32,336 nucleotides of DNA from an uncultured Muribaculaceae bacterium (GTDB taxonomy: Bacteria > Bacillota_I > Bacilli_A > RF39 > UBA660): NCBI GenBank assembly GCA_964465245.1, contig CAYXHQ010000002.1, positions 1 through 32,336 of the forward strand. Direction: 5' to 3'. Both the position numbers and the translations under genes were made by a program. Under the pieces are notes generated by a model that worked only from the letters and a program-made list of their open reading frames with translations, was not told where the DNA came from and did not search any database. Position 1 is the first letter of the stretch. Every line of letters starts with the position of its first letter. Below, piece after piece: positions 16,501 through 22,661 of the stretch.

Positions 16501-17578
16501 CAGCAATTTGACTTCCACCATTGCCAGCAGAAGTATTAGGGTGCGAATATCCAACAAGGCCTCCGGCAGATCCTTTATAATTAACTGAATTATATGTTGT
16601 AGTTCTTACCCCGCCTCCGCCTGCAACCATTATTCTAGAATTTAATCCTAAAGCATTATTCCATGCTACATTAGAACTTTCTATAGTAGTGCATCTTTTT
16701 GTTTCTGTATCATAAAAACATCTAACATCAGTTGCGCCGCCGCCCCCAGCTCCTGGAGCACTAATAACACAACTATCAGCAGATCTTCCACCTGACCCAC
16801 CACCATTCCATCCGCCTGCTCCACCTTTACAGTTTGATGTAGACCAACTATCTGGTTCTCCTTGTCCACCAACATAAAAATATAATAATTCACCTTGTTT
16901 TAAATCAGTTTTACCTTTAGTATATCCTCCTACTCCACTAGGACTATAGCCAAATGGTGCACCCGATGCTCCCCAAAGTTCTATAATATATTGTCCGTCT
17001 TTTGGTGCAGTAAAACCTTGATATGCTCCAGTATATCCATAATTAGTAGTATTGCCTATTACTTCTATTTCATCAGTGTATACTTTTACTTTAAAGTTTC
17101 CGCTGATATTTGTAAGTCTAATATCTTGAATTGCTGTTTCCGCATACAAAGATAATTTATAATATGTTTTTGTAGCACTTAAATTATCATTATCTATAAA
17201 AACTAAATCTGTATTAAGAACAGTTGAATTAACAATTTTTGAATCTACTAAAGTGAACGTAGAATTATCAGTTGATTTTTCAAGTTTTAAAATATAATTT
17301 CCTGCTTCCAAAACTTTTTCAATACCTGTAGGCCTAAAAGAAACTGCAATATAATATTGATAAGAATTATTACCTTTTAAAGACACATCAAAATTAATTG
17401 TAGAATATAAACTCTCATCATTGTAGTTTATAACAACATTATTATCATCGGTAGTAAAAGAATCTTCCACGTTATAAATAGCCCCTAGTGTTTTATTAAT
17501 TAAAAATGGTAAACATGATATAATTACGATTGCTATTGCTGCGATTAGAATTATTTTTTTATTTTTTATTTTTTTCAT
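13571..17578 (-). CDS. cell-wall-anchored surface adhesin: signal anchor, ALK/LTK-type glycine-rich domain, 11 MucBP-like repeats, NPKTG sorting signal
   Basis: 1335-aa ORF. N-terminal signal/anchor MKKIKNKKIILIAAIAIVIISCLPF. Glycine-rich domain block YGYTGAYQGFTAPKDGQYIIELWGASGA...GGGGATDVR...VAGGGG...GGGGGYYGGGGG. Repeats carry the MucBP-type consensus (V.V.Y...G......LTG..G..YTT....Y.LV..P.NATGTFT...Q.V.Y.Y). C-terminus is NPKTG, a hydrophobic helix, then KK. Confidence 0.85.
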   Translation of the reverse strand: MKKIKNKKIILIAAIAIVIISCLPFLINKTLGAIYNVEDSFTTDDNNVVINYNDESLYSTINFDVSLKGNNSYQYYIAVSFRPTGIEKVLEAGNYILKLEKSTDNSTFTLVDSKIVNSTVLNTDLVFIDNDNLSATKTYYKLSLYAETAIQDIRLTNISGNFKVKVYTDEIEVIGNTTNYGYTGAYQGFTAPKDGQYIIELWGASGAPFGYSPSGVGGYTKGKTDLKQGELLYFYVGGQGEPDSWSTSNCKGGAGGWNGGGSGGRSADSCVISAPGAGGGGATDVRCFYDTETKRCTTIESSNVAWNNALGLNSRIMVAGGGGVRTTTYNSVNYKGSAGGLVGYSHPNTSAGNGGSQIAGGSAGSFVYCGYITESGEIGTFGIGGGGNWGGPVDCGTGTGSWLIHAGDGGGGGYYGGGGGAATASGGGSSYISGHQGSIAIASSTSRTARNDSTGTLCTVASAKTDKTCSEHYSEKVFSESIMIDGEGYSWNTDVGASAVIPTPTTNYTTGYGHARISEISYVTSNVEYRWTKDPIKATLTVNYKTENNQTLKASDISEELVDESYTTSAPTSFTNFDNYELTKTPTNATGIMDEDGVTVDYIYRLKSGNVIVHHYLEGSTTSIEGATDQILTGPVTTSYTTSAMDIEKYELVNNPSNKTGTFDLNIQVVTYYYKLRETTSINVIHKLENNTVLDSSTISGYVGRPYTTSTNTYDNYVVKTVPSNANGTLAATNPDVIYIYELKPGGNVTVYHYIENTTTTIDGGETQILTGKYTENYTTNPFDINKYELVSTPNNATGTFTLEPQTVTYYYRLRTPASVNVIHRLVDTDEILNSYKIDGYVDDAYETDSKTFPNTTLLTTPANADGTLKTENADVIYTYTLNAGGNIIVHHYLDGTTVTIDGASDQLLSGKITMPYTTSPMNIEKYELVNNPSNKTGVYTSVIQEVTYYYRLRERASVDVVHKLDSGEILDTAQVSGYIGNPYTTTSNDYDEEGYILKTTPTNANGILKAENTDVIYIYTIMQGGVVTVHHYLEGTTTTIDATGAEDQNLTGKLGENYTTSAVTSSDYVLVSTPTNSSGVFTRETQNVTYYYRLKDPANVTVIYKSTEDSVLDRDDLVDKEGTPYTTEEKDFDNYELVSTPDNATGTFTEESQEVIYIYELKPGGNVTVHHYLNGTTTQISDDVILTGKVTKPYTTSRVNIENYTLVSTPDNAVGTFTLSPQTIIYYYTEKTPAKIEIIYQDEDGNILESDEKPGYVGDEYTTEEKEFDDYELINVTDNWHGEYSEETGKIIYTYNKVVNPKTGINNNIFIIVGFAVFAIFAYLYASKKQVFNI
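13574..13678 (-). other. sortase sorting signal (NPKTG, TM helix, basic tail)
   Basis: NPKTG is encoded at 13664-13678, followed by INNNIFIIVGFAVFAIFAYLYA and SKKQVFNI. Confidence 0.7.
13685..15967 (-). repeat. tandem array of 11 MucBP-like coding repeats (about 65-70 aa each), two alternating subtypes
   Basis: Subtype 1 (V.VHHYL.GTTT...LTGK..YTTS..KYELV..P.N.TG.FT..Q.VTYYYRL) alternates with subtype 2 (V.VIHKL....LD....GY.G.PYTT...Y....TP.NANG.L....DVIYIY.L..GG). The nucleotide copies are similar but clearly diverged. Confidence 0.8.
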
Positions 17579-17657
17579 ACTTTTTCATTCCTCTTATCTT
17601 GCATATTCTATTTTTATGATACTAAATTTTATCAACAAATTCAACTCAACATTTAAA

Positions 17658-17696
17658 ACAAATAAAAAGCAATAGTGATTAATCACACTAATGCTT
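17658..17696 (-). terminator. rho-independent terminator after gatB
   Basis: On the minus strand there is an imperfect hairpin AAGC-ATTAGTGTGATT-AATCAC-TATT-GCTT, which starts inside the gatB stop codon. It is followed by TTTTTATTT. Confidence 0.5.
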
Positions 17697-19116
17697 ATTT
17701 TTCCAATTCTTTTCTTAATATTTCAGATGCTATACTTGGATTTACTTTACCACCCGAAGACTTTAATACAAGCCCTACTAAAAAACCTAATATATTTGTT
17801 TTTCCACTTTTATATGTACTAACTGCATCTGGATTTTTATCTAACACTTCTTTTATTATATTAATGATTTCACCTTCATCACTAACTTGTTTCATATCAT
17901 ATTTTTCTATTAATTCTAAAGGTTCCTTTTTTTCTTCTAATATAAGGTCAAATATTTTTTTACCTTGTTCTGTAGAAATAGTTTTATCATTTATTAAATT
18001 TATTAAATTAGATAACATTTTTGGAGTCATATAAATATTACTAACTGTTACATTATTTTTATTTAAATATCCAACAAGTCTTGTAGTCATCCAATTTGAT
18101 ACTTCTTTAGGATTAACACCCATATTTACAACATTTTCAAAAAAGTCAGATAATTCTTTTTCTTTTAAAAGCGTTCTTGATTCTACTTCTGTTAAGTTAT
18201 AATCATTCATATATTTTTTTAATCTATCCATTGGCAAAACTGGTATTTCTTTTTTTAAACTGTCTATAAATTCCTTTGTTATTTTATATTCAGGTATATT
18301 AGGTTCTACATAATATTTGTAATCTATTGCTTCAGCTTTTTCTCTCATACTATATGTTTTTTTGTCAGCATCAGAGTATCTTCTTGTTTCTCTAAGAACA
18401 TAGTCCCCACTTTCAAGTAATTCAGTTTGTCTTTTTATTTCATAATTAATTGTTTCTCTTACGCTTGAAAATGAATTTATGTTTTTTACTTCTGCTCTTA
18501 CACCTAACTCAGTATCAGTTTCACGCATTAAAGACACATTTACATCACATCTTATTTGTCCTTTTGACTGATCTGCATCAGATATTCCTAAATATTTTAT
18601 AACACTCCTTAGAGTTTCTAAAAATTCTATTGCTTCTTCTGCATTATTAATACAAGGTTCTGTTACTACTTCAATTAGGGGAACACCAACTCTATTATAG
18701 TCAATTAATGAATAATCATTTTCATGGGTAAAAGATGCAGCATCTTCTTCCACATGGAGTTGATGAATCAATATTTCTTTATATTCTTTATTTAATAAAA
18801 TGTTTAAACTACCATTTTTTCCTAAAGGTTTAGTCATTTGAGTTATTTGAAATCCTTTTGGTAAATCTGGGTAATAATAATTTTTTCTATCAAATAATAA
18901 ACTATCAGATATAGTACAATTTAATGCACTAGCAAGCTTAATCGCATCTTTAATTCCTTCTTCATTTACTACAGGCATTGTACCTGGGTATGCTATATCT
19001 ATTTCTGATACATTTGTATTAGCAATAGCGGAATATATATTTGAAGAAGGTGAAAACATTTTACTTTTTGTATTAAGTTCAATATGTATTTCAAGTCCTA
19101 TAACTGCTTTAAACAT
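17695..19116 (-). CDS. gatB: Asp-tRNA(Asn)/Glu-tRNA(Gln) amidotransferase subunit B
   Basis: MFKAVIGLEIHIELNTKSKMF...DRKNYYYPDLPKGFQITQ... is canonical GatB, with a C-terminal GatB/YqeY domain. The ATG at 19114-19116 lies 2 nt after the gatA stop and is preceded by GAGGTG. Confidence 0.95.
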   Translation of the reverse strand: MFKAVIGLEIHIELNTKSKMFSPSSNIYSAIANTNVSEIDIAYPGTMPVVNEEGIKDAIKLASALNCTISDSLLFDRKNYYYPDLPKGFQITQMTKPLGKNGSLNILLNKEYKEILIHQLHVEEDAASFTHENDYSLIDYNRVGVPLIEVVTEPCINNAEEAIEFLETLRSVIKYLGISDADQSKGQIRCDVNVSLMRETDTELGVRAEVKNINSFSSVRETINYEIKRQTELLESGDYVLRETRRYSDADKKTYSMREKAEAIDYKYYVEPNIPEYKITKEFIDSLKKEIPVLPMDRLKKYMNDYNLTEVESRTLLKEKELSDFFENVVNMGVNPKEVSNWMTTRLVGYLNKNNVTVSNIYMTPKMLSNLINLINDKTISTEQGKKIFDLILEEKKEPLELIEKYDMKQVSDEGEIINIIKEVLDKNPDAVSTYKSGKTNILGFLVGLVLKSSGGKVNPSIASEILRKELEK

Positions 19117-20518
19117 GATATTCACCTCTTTTAAAATCAATTGCACTCTCTATTTTGTGGGCTAAATTAAGAGTTAGTCCGTCTTTAAATTGCCCACATG
19201 TAATATTTACACCTATTGGCATTTCGTTTACATACCCATTAGGAATAGTAATACTAGGATATCCTCCCAAATTTCCAATTACTAAGTGATTTTCAAGAAT
19301 TAAGTATTCATCACTTATTTTATTGCCACTATTTCCTTCTATTTTAGGGGCAATACCTCCACTTGCTGGTAAAATAAGACCATCATACTTATCAAATAAT
19401 TCATTAAATCTAGTTACTATAAGATTTCTTGCTCTTAGGGCATTTAAATATAGTTTTTCTTGATTTTCTCTTTTTAATATATAACTTCCTAATATAAATC
19501 TTCTTTTAATAAGTTCTGAGAACCCTTCAGTTCTAGAACGCATCATAATACTTTCATAATCTTGTCCATCGATTCTATTGCCAAAATGTATTCCAGTTAA
19601 GTTTGAGTTATTACTTGTTGCTTCAGCACAAGAAATTGAATAATATATTCCGACCATTGCATCTAATAATTTTTTATCAAAACTCTCTATACATACTTCG
19701 ATACCTAAACTTTTTACTTTGTCAAGGGTATTATAAAAACTAGAAATGCTTTCTTTTGTTTCTGGATTTGTAGTTTGTGCGTCCACTATTTCTTTTATAT
19801 AGAAAAGTTTTTTACCTTTTATATCATTGTTTATATTTTCATAATATGAAGAGTCACTTTCTTTAATTGACGTCATATCTTTTGGGTCATATCCTTTAAT
19901 CACGTCGGTTACTATTGCAGCGTCTTCTGCGTTATTTGTAAATATTCCAACATGATCAAGAGTTGATGCAAAAGGAAAAAGTCCATATCTACTGATACGC
20001 CCATATGTAGGTTTAAATCCTACTATCCCACCAAAACTTGCAGGCTTTCTAACTGAGTCTCCCGTATCACTTCCAATTGCAAAAGGAACAATGCCTGAAG
20101 TTACAGCCGCAGCACTACCAGCAGAAGAACCACCCATTATTCTTGACGTATCAAGTGGGTTTCTAACTATTCCTGTGTGTCCTGTAGTGCCTGTCCCACC
20201 CATTGCAAGTTCATCTAATACAGTTTTACCAATAAGCACCGCACCACTTAACTTTAATTTTTTATAAACAGTCGCATCATACACTGGAACATAAGATGCT
20301 AAAATATTAGAAGATGCTGTAGTAAGTATGCCACTTGTAGAAAAATTATCTTTTAGAGCATATGGCACACCATTTAATAGTGAATCAGATTCATTATGTT
20401 CACACTTTTCACAAATAGTTACAAATGCATTATAAGCATCCTGATATTTAAGTGCTTTTTCTTTAGCTTCTTTAAAAGAATCACTTATATCTTTATTTTT
20501 ATAATCTATTATATTCAT
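19109..20518 (-). CDS. gatA: Asp-tRNA(Asn)/Glu-tRNA(Gln) amidotransferase subunit A
   Basis: 469 aa with the amidase signature region GGSSAGSAAAVTSG...GSDTGDSVRKPASF. The start overlaps the gatC stop (TAATG). Confidence 0.95.
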   Translation of the reverse strand: MNIIDYKNKDISDSFKEAKEKALKYQDAYNAFVTICEKCEHNESDSLLNGVPYALKDNFSTSGILTTASSNILASYVPVYDATVYKKLKLSGAVLIGKTVLDELAMGGTGTTGHTGIVRNPLDTSRIMGGSSAGSAAAVTSGIVPFAIGSDTGDSVRKPASFGGIVGFKPTYGRISRYGLFPFASTLDHVGIFTNNAEDAAIVTDVIKGYDPKDMTSIKESDSSYYENINNDIKGKKLFYIKEIVDAQTTNPETKESISSFYNTLDKVKSLGIEVCIESFDKKLLDAMVGIYYSISCAEATSNNSNLTGIHFGNRIDGQDYESIMMRSRTEGFSELIKRRFILGSYILKRENQEKLYLNALRARNLIVTRFNELFDKYDGLILPASGGIAPKIEGNSGNKISDEYLILENHLVIGNLGGYPSITIPNGYVNEMPIGVNITCGQFKDGLTLNLAHKIESAIDFKRGEYHV

Positions 20519-20808
20519 TATGCCACCACCCTTGGAACACTTACTTTATCATCTTGAACTTTTGGAGCATTTATAAATATTTCTTCTTTTGTAAGTGAGT
20601 TAACACTTGTATCACTTCTTAACTCTACGTCATTTTTCTTATATGGAAAATACATTGGTTCAATGGTTTCAATACCATCTATTTCACCTATTTTATCCAT
20701 CCAATGCAAAAATGTTTCAAATTCATGCATAAGTGTTACATACTCTTCTTCTTTCATTTCAAACATTAAATTTTTTCCTAATTCTTTTAATTCATCCGTA
20801 CTTATCAT
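20518..20808 (-). CDS. gatC: Asp-tRNA(Asn)/Glu-tRNA(Gln) amidotransferase subunit C
   Basis: 96 aa from the ATG at 20806-20808 (MISTDELKELGKN...), the size and position expected for GatC. Its SD AGGTGG overlaps the ftsQ stop codon. Confidence 0.8.
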   Translation of the reverse strand: MISTDELKELGKNLMFEMKEEEYVTLMHEFETFLHWMDKIGEIDGIETIEPMYFPYKKNDVELRSDTSVNSLTKEEIFINAPKVQDDKVSVPRVVA

Positions 20809-20817
20809 TACTACCAC

Positions 20818-21504
20818 CTATTCTTTTATTTCAAAATAATTTCCACTATCTAAGTAAAGTATTCCAGCGTGTCCTTCTAATTTCTCTTTTATATCATCAT
20901 ATTTATTTAAATTTGTTATTTTTGATAATGTAATATATACCATATTTCCATCTGTCATATAAAGAATAAATCTTTCATTATCATATGAAGTAGATGAATA
21001 CTCTATTTCACTTATTTTAAATAGTATATTTTCTTTCACTTTTGAAAATTTGTCTATCAATTTTTTTTCTATCTCTTCTGGAACATAATTTATTAAAGTA
21101 GGAATACCACTTAATGAATTATTCGATTTTAAAACAGTTCCATCACTTAATATAAAACTATCATCACTTCTTTTTTTGTATAATATTTGTTTTTCATCTA
21201 TATTTATTTCTACAATATATCCAAATTTCTTGTTTATTTTACATGACTCAACTAATTCTAATTTTTTAATTTTTTTACATATTTTAGAAGAACTAGTACG
21301 AATAAAAGATGGATAATTATCTAAGTTAGATATCTCTATTATCTCTTCATCAGTTATATTATTAGTACCCATAACTACTATATTTCTTATAGGTTCTTTT
21401 AAAACATACATTATAATGTAAAAAAGAATATACAAAAAAAGCACAAATATTAAAAATTTTAACAAATTAAATTTTTTTCTTTTTACTTTTTTTGTTTCTC
21501 CCAT
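20818..21504 (-). CDS. ftsQ: cell division protein FtsQ/DivIB
   Basis: 228 aa with a basic N-terminus, a single TM helix (FLIFVLFLYILFYIIMYV), then a POTRA-like start (IRNIVVMGTNNITDEEIIEISNL). Located directly after murG. Confidence 0.75.
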   Translation of the reverse strand: MGETKKVKRKKFNLLKFLIFVLFLYILFYIIMYVLKEPIRNIVVMGTNNITDEEIIEISNLDNYPSFIRTSSSKICKKIKKLELVESCKINKKFGYIVEINIDEKQILYKKRSDDSFILSDGTVLKSNNSLSGIPTLINYVPEEIEKKLIDKFSKVKENILFKISEIEYSSTSYDNERFILYMTDGNMVYITLSKITNLNKYDDIKEKLEGHAGILYLDSGNYFEIKE

Positions 21505-21514
21505 ATTTTCTCCA

Positions 21515-22585
21515 TTACTTTGTTTTTATTATTTCGTTATATATTTTTGTACTTGATTCTGGTTTTTCCATAAATTCTATCTTTTTAACAATATCATCAT
21601 ATTCTTTTTTATTATCCAAAATACTTTTAATACTTGTAAGTAATAATTCAGGAGTTAAATCACTCTGTTCTATCATTATACTAACTCCTAAGTCTTTTAA
21701 ACTAAGTGCATTGTAATACTGATGGTTATTAGCAACATATGGACTAGGTATTAAGATTGAAGGAATATTTGTACCAATAATCTCACTAATAGTTGAAGCT
21801 CCTGCTCTAGATATTATCAAGTCAGCACTCTTCATAAGTCCTGGTAAATCTTCATAAAATGATATTATTTTTACACTTGATGGCACTTTTAAATTATTGC
21901 TAAGTGCATTATATTGTCTACGCCCTGTAATAAATAGAATTTCTTTATCACTCTCATTGAAATTTCTTAAAAAATCTAATAATTTTTCATTCATCGCAGT
22001 AGAGCCTTCACTACCCATTACTATTAGTATTAATTTCTTACTTTTGCTAAATCCAAGTTCTGTTTTATCGTGTTTTTTAATAAACTTTGCACGTTCTAAA
22101 CAAGGATTTCCTGTGTATACTGTTTTAGATTCTTTAAAATATTTTTTAGTTTCAGGAAAAGATATAAAAATTTTTTTAGAATATTTACTTAATAATTTAT
22201 TGGTTTTACCCGGAATTACGTTTTGTTCATGAATGTAAACAGGTATTTTTCTACTGCGGGACGCTAAAATGACAGGTAAAGTCACATACCCACCAAATGC
22301 TACTACTGCATCTGGTTTAAATTCATCTATTATCTTTTTTGATTCTCTAATTGCTTTACTTATGGAAAAAATATTTTTTGCATCTTTTACAATATTTTTC
22401 TTATATCCATGTATTTCTAAGCCTTTATAAGGAATATTCATACTGGGGACTATTTCACTTTCCATTCTGTCAGTAGTCCCAACATAAATAAATCTATTTC
22501 TAGGATCTTTCTTAATTGTTTCTATTAATGATAAGGCTGGAAATATATGACCACCAGTTCCACCTGCAGATATTAAAAATCTCAT
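21515..22585 (-). CDS. murG: UDP-N-acetylglucosamine--N-acetylmuramyl-(pentapeptide) pyrophosphoryl-undecaprenol N-acetylglucosamine transferase MurG
   Basis: MRFLISAGGTGGHIFPALSL... is the MurG N-terminal G-loop, and the C-terminal block is ISRAGASTISEI. 356 aa. Confidence 0.92.
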   Translation of the reverse strand: MRFLISAGGTGGHIFPALSLIETIKKDPRNRFIYVGTTDRMESEIVPSMNIPYKGLEIHGYKKNIVKDAKNIFSISKAIRESKKIIDEFKPDAVVAFGGYVTLPVILASRSRKIPVYIHEQNVIPGKTNKLLSKYSKKIFISFPETKKYFKESKTVYTGNPCLERAKFIKKHDKTELGFSKSKKLILIVMGSEGSTAMNEKLLDFLRNFNESDKEILFITGRRQYNALSNNLKVPSSVKIISFYEDLPGLMKSADLIISRAGASTISEIIGTNIPSILIPSPYVANNHQYYNALSLKDLGVSIMIEQSDLTPELLLTSIKSILDNKKEYDDIVKKIEFMEKPESSTKIYNEIIKTK

Positions 22586-22617
22586 ATATAAAATCTCTCC
22601 TCCATAATATTATACTA

Positions 22618-22648
22618 AAAACTAATACTAAATAACAGTATTAGTTTT
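22618..22648 (-). terminator. rho-independent terminator after the Cys-rich protein gene
   Basis: Perfect 12-bp stem AAAACTAATACT (22618-22629) / AGTATTAGTTTT (22637-22648) with a 7-nt loop. On the minus strand the 3' arm ends in a U-run. A TATAAT for murG follows. Confidence 0.65.
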
Positions 22649-22661
22649 ATTTTTATGTAAA

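Noticed and set aside
16681-16893. Minus-strand 70-aa ORF inside the adhesin gene, and a 91-aa ORF at 22877-23152 inside the Cys-rich gene
   Set aside because: These are alternative-frame ORFs fully nested in much longer ORFs with clear domain content, so they are most likely chance ORFs.
16270-16900. Gly-rich runs (GGGGGYYGGGGG and similar) as collagen-like or simple low-complexity sequence
   Set aside because: There is no G-X-Y periodicity. The runs are embedded in the conserved block order of the bacterial glycine-rich (ALK-GRD-like) domain, which begins with Y.YTG..Q.F..P..G.Y..E.WGA.G.
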